A stretch of DNA of 21,997 nucleotides from an uncultured Gammaproteobacteria bacterium (lineage in GTDB: Bacteria; Patescibacteriota; Patescibacteriia; UBA2591; UBA6264), in assembly GCA_964617525.1 (NCBI GenBank), contig CAZTWG010000005.1:1-21997 (forward strand), in the 5' to 3' direction. Shown piece by piece: positions 7,650 to 17,205 of the stretch (position 1 is the stretch's first letter; the number at the start of each line of letters is the position of its first letter). The notes under the pieces are model-generated. The model ran no database searches and was not told the DNA's origin. It worked only from the letters and a program-made list of their open reading frames with translations. A program made the translations under genes and the position numbers.

Positions 7650-8102
7650 ATGAGCGAAACAAAAACAAAATTCGTAAATTCTGATTCTTTTCCATCTTCT
7701 AAAAAAAAGAAACATGGCTTACTTGCATTAATTATTGGTATTGTTGTTCTGATTATTTTGGTTGTTGTCTTAACCCTTTTCTTTTTGAAGCCAAGAATCA
7801 ACCAAACTTCTCCTTGGTCAGCTGTTTTTTTGACTAATGGCCGAACTTATTTTGGAAAAATCGAGAAAGAAAACACAGAGTTTATAACATTAAACGATGT
7901 TTACTATCTACAAGTACAGCAAGTCCCTTCTTCTGTTGAGGGAGAAGAGCCTCAGTCTCAACTTTCTTTGATGAGTATAGATGATGAAATTCACGGACCA
8001 GAGAATTTTATGAGAATTAACAAAGATCATGTCTTGTTTATAGAGGAATTGAAAACAGATTCTTCGGTTGTTTCTTCTATAGAGCAATTATTGAATCAAT
8101 AA
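7650..8102 (+). CDS. Hypothetical bitopic membrane protein (N-terminal TM anchor plus about 95-aa extracytoplasmic domain)
   Basis: The ORF track starts at TTG 7644, but ATG 7650 is the more likely start. It has one strong TM helix (LLALIIGIVVLIILVVVLTLFFL). I do not recognise a family motif. It is packed between a GT4 gene and the next ORF with gaps of 8-26 nt. Confidence 0.6.
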   Translation: MSETKTKFVNSDSFPSSKKKKHGLLALIIGIVVLIILVVVLTLFFLKPRINQTSPWSAVFLTNGRTYFGKIEKENTEFITLNDVYYLQVQQVPSSVEGEEPQSQLSLMSIDDEIHGPENFMRINKDHVLFIEELKTDSSVVSSIEQLLNQ

Positions 8103-8122
8103 TTGTTTGATTGAATTATAAG

Positions 8123-9553
8123 ATGAAATATCAAAGCAAAAACATGGCGTCAAGTTTTTTGAGCCTTGTTTTTGTTTTTCTATTCTTAATATTGGTTATT
8201 AGCTTAATTAGTTTTTTTTATTCTGATAGGACTAACAACATTGGTACAGACGAGAAGGATGTTGATTTTTGGGTTCATGGTTCCTCGGATTGCCATGTAG
8301 GAGAAGAGTGTGTTTTTTTTGTGTTTATTCGCAATTCAGAGTCATGCGACTTGACCCATGTGGAAGTATCTTTATCTTTTCCTTCTAGCTTTTTAATTAG
8401 CCCAGATATATCTGGCTACGAGAGGGATTCGACCAATCGTTATATTTGGCGTTGGGAAGAAATAAAAAGCAAAACTTTACAAGAAATCAAGATAAAAGGT
8501 GTATTTTCAGGAAAAGCCGATCACGACTCTTTAGTAGAAGGTTTTTTGTATTTTGGTTTGAAGGGTTTTTCATCGGAATTTCAGGATTATTTTTCTGATT
8601 ATTTACGAGTGGAACCATTTCCCTTTGATTTAAATTTAAAAATTCCGTTTGTTAATTATAATTGGGGAGAATTATTGCCAGTAGCTTTGGTCTATGAAAA
8701 TAACAGCGAAAAGGATATTAAGAATTTAAAGATAGAAATTTTTTCAGATAAAAATCAATATTTTGATTTAAATGATTTAAAACAAAATTTTTGGTATTAT
8801 TACCTTGATTCAGAGTATCAAACCTCGCCTCCCTATATTAAATCTAGACAATCTTCCGATTTAATGTCGAGGGGATGGGATTCAAGATTAATACCGAATT
8901 TAACAGAAATTAAAGCGGGGGACAAGGGATCAATTGTTTTTTATTTACCACTTATTTCTGTTTCTCAAGCTCAAAAAAATGGATTCGCCCAAGTAGAAAA
9001 CGGAATTCAAGTTTTTGCTAGTGGCGATCTAGAAAACTATAAGGGCATAATCGCCCAAAGTCCGAAAATAGATTTAAAAATTATTACAGATTTGAATCTA
9101 GATGTAGGATTAGGGTATTATGACTATATCAATAATGAACTAAAAAGAGAGGAGCTCCCACCATTGAAAGTTAATGAGAAAACCTTTTATCGAGTTGTTT
9201 GGCGCTTAGAAAATGGTAGTAATGCTGTTGAAAATGTAATAGTTAAAACAAAATTACCTTCTTATGTTGAGTGGACGGATCAAATAGAAAAAACACAAGG
9301 AGTTTTGTCGTATAATGAATTAAATAGAGAGGTAACCTGGCAAATCCCAGAGCTATCGTCTTATCAGGGCGTCCATCCTTCCCCTTTGTTGGAAGCTGAT
9401 TTTGAAATAGCGATTATTCCTAAACTAGAAGATGTAGACTCGAAAATAATTTTAACAGAAGATGTTTTCTTGACAGCTAAGGATAAATTTACTAACACTC
9501 CTTTAATGCAACAGGTTGATTTTTTGAAGACTAATTTAGTTTCTAGCCCTTAA
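8123..9553 (+). CDS. Hypothetical membrane-anchored surface protein with repeated beta-sandwich (DUF11/CARDB-like) modules
   Basis: The start is ambiguous: TTG 8111, ATG 8123 or ATG 8144. It has an N-terminal TM helix (FLSLVFVFLFLILVISLISFFY). Three segments share a pattern typical of DUF11/CARDB-type domains, for example FYRVVWRLENGSNAVENVIVKTKLPSYVEW ... VTWQIPEL. This assignment is by eye, not by profile search. Confidence 0.6.
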   Translation: MKYQSKNMASSFLSLVFVFLFLILVISLISFFYSDRTNNIGTDEKDVDFWVHGSSDCHVGEECVFFVFIRNSESCDLTHVEVSLSFPSSFLISPDISGYERDSTNRYIWRWEEIKSKTLQEIKIKGVFSGKADHDSLVEGFLYFGLKGFSSEFQDYFSDYLRVEPFPFDLNLKIPFVNYNWGELLPVALVYENNSEKDIKNLKIEIFSDKNQYFDLNDLKQNFWYYYLDSEYQTSPPYIKSRQSSDLMSRGWDSRLIPNLTEIKAGDKGSIVFYLPLISVSQAQKNGFAQVENGIQVFASGDLENYKGIIAQSPKIDLKIITDLNLDVGLGYYDYINNELKREELPPLKVNEKTFYRVVWRLENGSNAVENVIVKTKLPSYVEWTDQIEKTQGVLSYNELNREVTWQIPELSSYQGVHPSPLLEADFEIAIIPKLEDVDSKIILTEDVFLTAKDKFTNTPLMQQVDFLKTNLVSSP

Positions 9554-9567
9554 AAAAATATTCATTC

Positions 9568-9595
9568 TTGATTATATGTTTGTTATATGTATAAT
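9568..9595 (+). promoter_or_regulatory. Candidate ileS promoter
   Basis: TTGATT (9568-9573), 16-nt spacer, TATAAT (9590-9595) preceded by TG. The leader to the ATG at 9625 is only about 25-30 nt, so there is no room for a T-box. Confidence 0.4.
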
Positions 9596-9624
9596 ATGAG
9601 CATATAGTTTTTTAAATCAATTTT

Positions 9625-12534
9625 ATGCCTCAGTTTAATTTTGCGGAAAATGAAAAGAAAATCTTAAAGTTTTGGGACAAAGATAAAACTTTTGAAAAAT
9701 CTTTGAGGAAGAAATCTCCTCAAGGTGATTTTGTTTTTTATGATGGACCACCTTTTGCTACTGGCACTCCTCATTATGGGCATTTAGTTGCTAGTTTAAT
9801 GAAAGATATTGTCCCTCGTTATTGGACAATGAAAGGCTACCATGTCGAAAGGAAATGGGGATGGGATTGTCATGGTTTGCCTGTTGAGAATATTGTTGAA
9901 GAGGAGATGAGCATTAAAAGCAAAAAACAGATTGAAGAACTGGGAGTCCATAAATTTAACGAAACCTGTAGAAGCAAAGTTATGATGTATTCCGAGGAAT
10001 GGAAAGAAATCATTCATCGTTTTGGTCGTTGGGTAGACATGGACAATGACTACAAAACAATGGATAAAGATTATATGGAAAGTATCTGGTGGGTTTTCAA
10101 AGAATTGTGGAATAAGGGATTAATTTACGAAGGTTATAAATCAATGCATATTTGCCCTAGATGTGAGACAACATTATCTCAATATGAGGTAAGTGATGGG
10201 TATAAAGACGTAGAAGATATTTCTGTTGTTGTTAAGTTTGAATTAATAGATCAACCTGGTGTTTATATATTATCTTGGACAACTACGCCATGGACTTTGC
10301 CAGGGAACGTCGCTTTGGCCTTAGGAGAGAATTTAAAATATGTTTTAGTTAAATCAGAGAACGAAAAGTTTATATGTGTGGAAGAAAATTTAAAAAGCGT
10401 GTTTGAAGACAGAAAATATAAAATTTTGAAAGAAATCAAAGCTAAAGAATTAGAGGGCAAGAAATACAAACCATTGTTTAATTATTATTTAGACAAAGAT
10501 ATAGAAAATAAACAAAATTTATATACCATTCAATTAGCTAATTTTGTTACCGGGGAAGACGGGACTGGCGTTGTTCATATTGCTCCAGCCTTTGGAGAAG
10601 ATGATATGAATTTAGGGAAAGAAAAACAATTGCCATTTATTCAACATGTTAGAATGAACGGATGTTTTGTCGATGAAGTTATAGATTTTAAAGGGCAAGA
10701 GGTGAAACCAAAATCTGACCCCGTTAGCACAGACAAAAAAATTTTAGAATTTTTAACAAAAAAGGGATTGGTTTTTAAAGAAATCCCATTTACTCATTCT
10801 TATCCTCATTGTTGGCGCTGTGATTCACCTTTATTAAATTATGCTACCTCTTCCCTATTTGTTAGTGTTACGAAAATTAAAGAACAAGCTCTAAGCACAG
10901 CTAAAGAAGTTAATTGGATTCCTAGTCATATTAAAAACGGTAGATTTGGTAAATGGCTGGAAGGGGCTAAAGATTGGTCGATTTCAAGGCAAAGGTTTTG
11001 GGGTTCTGTCATACCTCTTTGGGTGTGTGATAAATGTGGAGAGCAAAAGGTTTTTGGCTCAATTAAAGAATTAGAAAAAGTTTCTGGGAATAAAGTTGAA
11101 GATTTGCATAAACATTTTGTAGATAAATATACCTTTAAATGCGAAAAGTGTAACGGAACAATGAAGAGGGTTCCAGATGTTTTGGATTGTTGGTTTGAGT
11201 CAGGATCAATGCCCTATGCTCAAATGCATTATCCGTTTGAAAATAAAGAAAAATTTGAAAAGAATTTCCCAGCTCAGTTTGTCGCGGAAGGGGTTGACCA
11301 AACTCGTGCTTGGTTTTATTATTTGCACGTTTTGGCTACCGCCCTTAAGGGAACAAATGCTTTTAAAAATGTAATAGTTAATGGAATGGTTTTGGCCGAA
11401 GATGGAAAGAAAATGTCAAAGCATTTAGACAATTATCCAGACCCAATGGAAATAATGGAAGAATATGGAGCTGATGCGATAAGGTATTATTTAACTAATT
11501 CTCCAGTAATGAAAGCAGAAGATTTGAGTTTTTCAGAGAAAGATTTGAAAGAGCAGTGTAAGTTTTTTCTTACACTAGTAAATGTCCATACTTTTTATCA
11601 AATGTTTAGGGGAAACATTGAAGTTGGGAATCTAGACAAAGATAAAGATATTACTAACGTTCTTGACCAATGGATTATCAGTAAACTTAATTTGTTGGTT
11701 AAAAATGTTACTAAAAGGATGGATAATTATGACTTAAATGCAGTAAGAGAGATACCAGCTTTTGTTAATGATTTATCTATATGGTATATTAGGAGGTCAA
11801 GGGTTAGATTTAGAAAAAATAATGAAGACGAGAAAATAAAGGCTCTAAAAACACTAAGAAGAACTCTATTTTGTCTAAGTAGAGTGATGGCTCCCTTTTT
11901 GCCCTTTTTAGCTGAGTATATATATCAAGAATTAGACGGAGAAAAAGAATCTGTCCATTTGCAAGATTGGCCATTATTTGATAAAGACCTAATTGACGAA
12001 AAATTATTGTCTGAAATGCAAACAGTTAGAAAAATTTGTGAATTAGGGCACAATTTAAGGGCGCAAGCAAAAATAAAAGTTCGTCAACCTTTAGGTAGGT
12101 TAAATATTTTAGGAGTTAAGGTTTCAAATAATTTAATAGAATTGATTAGAGATGAGCTCAACATAAAAAAAGTTGAATTTGTCCAAGAACTACCTCACGG
12201 AAACAACTGGCAAGAAGTAAAAGAAGGAGGTATTAAGATATGTTTAAACACAGAGATAACCCCTACCTTGAAAGAAGAAGGGAATTGTCGGGAGTTAGTT
12301 AGAGCGGTGAATTCTCTACGTAAAAAATCTAAGTTAACAAAAGATGATTTGGTTAGTCTTTATTGTTCCGACACTGACAAAGGTTTAGAAAAAATGATTC
12401 AGAATAAAAAGGAATTCTTGAAGTCTCAAACTGGCAGTAAAGATATTATAATCGGAGAATTTCAGGGAAAAACTTTGATACAGCAGCAAGTTTCTTTAAG
12501 TGGCATATATATTACCTTAACGCTTGTTAAATAA
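9625..12534 (+). CDS. ileS: Isoleucyl-tRNA synthetase, type 2 (eukaryote-like) form
   Basis: 969-aa ORF with FYDGPPFATGTPHYGHLV (HIGH region), GWDCHGLPVE and KMSKH (KMSKS region). Zinc knuckles are present (CPRCETTL, CWRCDSPL, CDKCG..CEKCNG). Confidence 0.97.
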   Translation: MPQFNFAENEKKILKFWDKDKTFEKSLRKKSPQGDFVFYDGPPFATGTPHYGHLVASLMKDIVPRYWTMKGYHVERKWGWDCHGLPVENIVEEEMSIKSKKQIEELGVHKFNETCRSKVMMYSEEWKEIIHRFGRWVDMDNDYKTMDKDYMESIWWVFKELWNKGLIYEGYKSMHICPRCETTLSQYEVSDGYKDVEDISVVVKFELIDQPGVYILSWTTTPWTLPGNVALALGENLKYVLVKSENEKFICVEENLKSVFEDRKYKILKEIKAKELEGKKYKPLFNYYLDKDIENKQNLYTIQLANFVTGEDGTGVVHIAPAFGEDDMNLGKEKQLPFIQHVRMNGCFVDEVIDFKGQEVKPKSDPVSTDKKILEFLTKKGLVFKEIPFTHSYPHCWRCDSPLLNYATSSLFVSVTKIKEQALSTAKEVNWIPSHIKNGRFGKWLEGAKDWSISRQRFWGSVIPLWVCDKCGEQKVFGSIKELEKVSGNKVEDLHKHFVDKYTFKCEKCNGTMKRVPDVLDCWFESGSMPYAQMHYPFENKEKFEKNFPAQFVAEGVDQTRAWFYYLHVLATALKGTNAFKNVIVNGMVLAEDGKKMSKHLDNYPDPMEIMEEYGADAIRYYLTNSPVMKAEDLSFSEKDLKEQCKFFLTLVNVHTFYQMFRGNIEVGNLDKDKDITNVLDQWIISKLNLLVKNVTKRMDNYDLNAVREIPAFVNDLSIWYIRRSRVRFRKNNEDEKIKALKTLRRTLFCLSRVMAPFLPFLAEYIYQELDGEKESVHLQDWPLFDKDLIDEKLLSEMQTVRKICELGHNLRAQAKIKVRQPLGRLNILGVKVSNNLIELIRDELNIKKVEFVQELPHGNNWQEVKEGGIKICLNTEITPTLKEEGNCRELVRAVNSLRKKSKLTKDDLVSLYCSDTDKGLEKMIQNKKEFLKSQTGSKDIIIGEFQGKTLIQQQVSLSGIYITLTLVK

Positions 12535-12558
12535 TTCACGATTAATAGTTTTTTTGAT

Positions 12559-13284
12559 ATGTCTATTTCTAAGCATTTATCGGGGGTTATTCTCAAGGAA
12601 CGTAATATTAGAGAAAATGATAAATTTATAACATTTTATAGTCAAGAACAGGGTAAAGTTGAAATTTTTGTGCAAGGATCTCGTAAAATTAACAGCAAGT
12701 TAAACCCTATAATCTCTGCCCGTTTTTCTTTTTTAAATCTAGTTGTAATTAAGGGAAAGAATTTTTATCGTTTAATTGACGGAGAAACCCAGGAGAATTT
12801 TGGGGGATTGATTAAAGATTATCAGAAGATTCTGTTGCTTAATAATATCTTAAGAAAGGTTGATGAATTGCTTAAATTTCAAAAAACTGATAAGAAAATT
12901 CTAGCTTTAATTCTTGAATTCTTGCGTCAGATGGATAGATTGCCTACAAAAAAAGCATTGCCTCTAGCAGCTGCTTTTTTAATTAAACTTTTGGCCTTTG
13001 CTGGCTATTCTCCTGAATTAAAATATTGTTCCGTTTGCGGGAAAGGTCCCTCTACAAAACAAATCTTTTTTGATTTAAGTAAGGGAAGTATTGTTTGTTT
13101 TAACCATGGGTCGTCATCTGTTTTGGATGGCGCTAGGACTGAAATCAGCTTGAATTCTTTAAAAATTTTAAGAGATTTTCTTTATAAAGATTTTAATCAT
13201 TTAAAAAGATATAATATCAAAAAGCAAGAATTTTTGAGTATATGGGAATTAATTAATAAATTTTTAAAATGGCAGGTTAGTTAA
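12559..13284 (+). CDS. recO: DNA repair protein RecO
   Basis: 241-aa ORF with an N-terminal OB-fold pattern (GVILKERNIRENDKFITFYSQEQGKVEIFVQGSRK). A central CxxC...C.NH zinc motif is present (CSVCGK ... CFNHG). Confidence 0.85.
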   Translation: MSISKHLSGVILKERNIRENDKFITFYSQEQGKVEIFVQGSRKINSKLNPIISARFSFLNLVVIKGKNFYRLIDGETQENFGGLIKDYQKILLLNNILRKVDELLKFQKTDKKILALILEFLRQMDRLPTKKALPLAAAFLIKLLAFAGYSPELKYCSVCGKGPSTKQIFFDLSKGSIVCFNHGSSSVLDGARTEISLNSLKILRDFLYKDFNHLKRYNIKKQEFLSIWELINKFLKWQVS

Positions 13285-14397
<1,113 letters not shown>

Positions 14398-14414
14398 TTT
14401 CAAGAAACTGATCG

Positions 14415-14440
14415 AAACTGACCCGACGGGTCAGTTTTCA
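14415..14440 (+). terminator. tgt rho-independent terminator, which is copy 2 of the 22-nt palindrome
   Basis: AAACTGACCC-GAC-GGGTCAGTTT, a 10-bp stem, followed by TTTTCA. It begins 18 nt after the tgt stop. Confidence 0.7.
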
Positions 14441-14453
14441 ATAAAATTTGACT

Positions 14454-14481
14454 TTGACATTTTTAATGATTTTGTTATCAT
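14454..14481 (+). promoter_or_regulatory. Candidate tRNA-Glu promoter
   Basis: TTGACA (14454-14459, preceded by a tandem TTGACT), 16-nt spacer, then the extended -10 TGT-TATCAT (14473-14481). The -10 ends 8 nt before the mature tRNA 5' end. Confidence 0.4.
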
Positions 14482-14489
14482 TCAGAAAT

Positions 14490-14564
14490 GGCGCGTTCGT
14501 CTAGTGGTTAGGACGCCAGGTTTTCATCCTGGTAACAGGGGTTCGATTCCCCTACGCGCTACCA
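14490..14564 (+). tRNA. tRNA-Glu (anticodon UUC), CCA encoded
   Basis: Cloverleaf by hand. Acceptor GGCGCGT/ACGCGCT has a G1:U72 pair. The D-arm is GTCTAGTGGTTAGGAC. The anticodon stem CCAGG/CCTGG carries loop TT-TTC-AT. The T-arm is AGGGG-TTCGATT-CCCCT, followed by discriminator A and CCA. It closely resembles E. coli tRNA-Glu. Confidence 0.93.
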
Positions 14565-14574
14565 ATTTAACTCT

Positions 14575-14606
14575 CTGTTGAAGCTTAACTTCGACAGTTT
14601 TTCTTT
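14575..14606 (+). terminator. Rho-independent terminator after tRNA-Glu
   Basis: Stem CTGTTGAAG (14575-14583) pairs with CTTCGACAG (14589-14597), 9 bp including one G:U, with loop CTTAA. It is followed by TTTTTCTTTT. Confidence 0.65.
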
Positions 14607-14609
14607 TGC

Positions 14610-14637
14610 TTTACATTTTTTGTTTTTAAGATATAAT
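14610..14637 (+). promoter_or_regulatory. Candidate promoter for the grx-like to glyQS gene string
   Basis: TTTACA (14610-14615), 16-nt spacer, TATAAT (14632-14637). It lies directly after the tRNA terminator. Confidence 0.4.
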
Positions 14638-14672
14638 TTAATTAAGATAATAATTTATAATAATATAAATTT

Positions 14673-14903
14673 GTGGAGATTACGGTATATTCTAGCCCTG
14701 CTTGCGGTCATTGCTTGCAATTGAAAGATTGGCTAAAAGAACGCAATATTCAATTTAAGGAAATTGATTTGAGTCAAAGCCAAGAAGCTATAGATCATTT
14801 TGTTAAAAAAACTGGGCAAATGGCTGTCCCAGTTATTGAAATAGATGAAGAAATAATTATTGGATTTGATATAGCGAAAATTAGAGCAAAATTAAATATT
14901 TAA
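14673..14903 (+). CDS. Glutaredoxin-like / thioredoxin-fold small redox protein (CGHC active site)
   Basis: 76-aa ORF with a GTG start. It has the Grx/NrdH-like layout: beta1-CxxC (VYSSPACGHCLQLK) ... VPVIEIDEEIIIGF. Confidence 0.8.
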   Translation: MEITVYSSPACGHCLQLKDWLKERNIQFKEIDLSQSQEAIDHFVKKTGQMAVPVIEIDEEIIIGFDIAKIRAKLNI

Positions 14904-14912
14904 CATTTTTTT

Positions 14913-15575
14913 ATGGTTGATTTAGGACAAGTTAAAAATAATTCTCAAGTTTTAGAATTTATTAAACAGAGTGATTTGTCTACGCAGGCGCTAGGATATA
15001 CTGAGCATGGTTTCCGCCATAGTGATTTGGTTTCTAGGGAGGCTAAAAGAATAGCCAAAGAAATGGGGTTTAGGGAAATAGACCAAGAATTAGCAGGTAT
15101 TGCTGGGTTTTGCCATGATATGGGTAATTTTTTAGGACGTTCTAGACATCATTATTGGGGGGCGTTATTATTTCATCAAATTTTTACTAATGATTTTTCC
15201 GATGAAGAAATATCTTTAATTATGCAGGCTATTGCTAATCACGATAAAGATACGATGAAGCTTACCAACAAAATATCAGCATTAGTTGTTCTGGCTGACA
15301 AATCAGATGTCCACAGAAATAGAGTCTCTTCTAAGTCTATGAAAGAAATCAAACAAGATAAACATAATCGTGTAAATTACGCAGTTACCCATTCAGAGCT
15401 AAGGGTCAATAAAGCTAAAAAACAGATTAGTTTACTTTTAAAAATTGATACTAATTTTGTTCCTATTATTGAATACTTTGAAATATTTACTGACCGCATG
15501 GCTTATTGCAGGAAGGCAGCTGATTATCTTGGGTATAAATTTAATTTAGTAATTAATACTTTTAAGCTGTTATAA
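14913..15575 (+). CDS. HD-domain metal-dependent phosphohydrolase (substrate unknown)
   Basis: 220-aa ORF with the H...HD...D pattern (HGFRHS ... FCHDMGN ... ANHDKD ... LADKSD). Confidence 0.75.
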   Translation: MVDLGQVKNNSQVLEFIKQSDLSTQALGYTEHGFRHSDLVSREAKRIAKEMGFREIDQELAGIAGFCHDMGNFLGRSRHHYWGALLFHQIFTNDFSDEEISLIMQAIANHDKDTMKLTNKISALVVLADKSDVHRNRVSSKSMKEIKQDKHNRVNYAVTHSELRVNKAKKQISLLLKIDTNFVPIIEYFEIFTDRMAYCRKAADYLGYKFNLVINTFKLL

Positions 15576-15580
15576 TTTTT

Positions 15581-15874
15581 ATGAGTTTTTTAAGACAACT
15601 AAAGGTTAATGAATTAATTAGGAGAGAATTGGGAGAGATTATTATGCGTGAGTTTGAGGCGCCAGAAAATTCGTTAGTAACAATTGTAGGTGTAGATACT
15701 TCGGCCGATTTATCGTCAACAAAGGTTTCTGTAAGTATTTTCCCGATTGACCAAGCCAATAAAGCTTTTGGGTCTTTGCGTAAAAGGGTAGGCTTTTTTC
15801 AAAAATTATTGAACAGGCGCTTGAAAATGAAGATGATACCACGTATTAATTTTTATTTAATCAAAAATGAATAA
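15581..15874 (+). CDS. rbfA: Ribosome-binding factor A
   Basis: 97-aa ORF with the RbfA pattern (R..KVNELIRRELGEII ... VTIVGVDTSADLSSTKVSVSI). Its 3' end overlaps glyQS by 8 nt. Confidence 0.85.
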   Translation: MSFLRQLKVNELIRRELGEIIMREFEAPENSLVTIVGVDTSADLSSTKVSVSIFPIDQANKAFGSLRKRVGFFQKLLNRRLKMKMIPRINFYLIKNE

Positions 15875-17195
15875 CTCTTTAGAAAAAATTGTTAATTTAT
15901 GTAAGAGGAGAGGGTTTGTTTTTCCATCTTCTGATATGTATGGTGGTTTTGAAAGCTGTTATGATTATGGTTTTTTAGGCACTTTGTTGATGAATAACAT
16001 TAAACAATCTTGGTGGAAGAACATGACTCAATGTAGAGATGACGTAGTGGGTATAGATGCTAGTATTCTGATGTCTCCATTAGTTTGGAGGGCCTCTGGC
16101 CATTTAACTGCAGGTTTCAGTGATGCTTTAGTAGAGTGTAAGAAATGTCATCATCGTTTTCGTCAAGACTATTTAAAGGAAAATAGATGTCCTGATTGTG
16201 GAGGAGAGTTGACTAAAGAAAAAAAGTTTAATCTAATGATGAAAACTTTTATTGGTCCTGTAGAAAACGAGGCAGCAGTTACTTTCTTAAGAGGAGAGAC
16301 TTGTCAGGGGATTTATATGAATTATCTTGGGATGAAAGATGCCATGCGTTTGAAAATTCCTTTTGGGATAGCTCAAATTGGTAAAGCTTTCCGTAACGAG
16401 ATTAGCCCTCGGTATTTTATTTTTAAAACTAGAGAATTTGAACAGATGGAGATGCAATACTTTGTTTCTCCTGATAAATCCGAAAAGAATAAATGGTTTG
16501 AATATTGGAAAAAAGAACGTATAGGTTGGTATATTGATTTAGGTATAAAAAAAGAAAATTTGCGATTTAAGGAACATTCTTCAAAAGAATTAGCTCATTA
16601 TGCTCAAAAAGCTGTTGACATAGAATACAGGTTCCCTTGGGGTTGGGACGAAATAGAAGGAATCCACGATAGAGGTAATTGGGACTTATCTAACCATAGC
16701 AAACATAGTGGACATGATTTAACCTATACTGATATTGAGAAAAATAAGAAATTTATTCCCCATGTTATTGAGACTTCTGCTGGGGTAGCTCGTTCATTCT
16801 TAGCCTTTATGATTGATGCTTATACTGAAATAGAGGGAGGACGAACAGTTACGACTAAATCTAAAAAAGAGAAAGAAATGGTTTTAAGTCTTCATTATAG
16901 TTTGGCTCCTTTTAAAATAGCGGTTTTGCCTCTAAGCAAAAAAGCTCCCCTAAGTAAAATAGCTAAAGAAATTTATCATAATCTTAGAAAATACTGGACA
17001 GTTCAGTATGACGAAACTTCGTCAATTGGTCGTCGCTATCGTCGACAGGATGAAATAGGAACACCATACTGCTTGACCGTTGACTTTAATAGCATAGGAG
17101 ATAAAAAAGTTACAGTTCGTAACAGAGACACGATGAAGCAAGAAAGGATCAATATTAGCAATTTAGTTGATTTTTTTAGAAAAAAGTTAGAATAA
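15867..17195 (+). CDS. glyQS: Glycyl-tRNA synthetase, homodimeric (alpha2) class II type
   Basis: 442-aa ORF with N-terminus LCKRRGFVFPSSDMYGGFESCYDYG. Class II motifs are present (FRNEISPR; ETSAGVARSF), together with an anticodon-binding C-terminal domain. Confidence 0.95.
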   Translation: MNNSLEKIVNLCKRRGFVFPSSDMYGGFESCYDYGFLGTLLMNNIKQSWWKNMTQCRDDVVGIDASILMSPLVWRASGHLTAGFSDALVECKKCHHRFRQDYLKENRCPDCGGELTKEKKFNLMMKTFIGPVENEAAVTFLRGETCQGIYMNYLGMKDAMRLKIPFGIAQIGKAFRNEISPRYFIFKTREFEQMEMQYFVSPDKSEKNKWFEYWKKERIGWYIDLGIKKENLRFKEHSSKELAHYAQKAVDIEYRFPWGWDEIEGIHDRGNWDLSNHSKHSGHDLTYTDIEKNKKFIPHVIETSAGVARSFLAFMIDAYTEIEGGRTVTTKSKKEKEMVLSLHYSLAPFKIAVLPLSKKAPLSKIAKEIYHNLRKYWTVQYDETSSIGRRYRRQDEIGTPYCLTVDFNSIGDKKVTVRNRDTMKQERINISNLVDFFRKKLE

Positions 17196-17205
17196 ATGAT
17201 TATTT

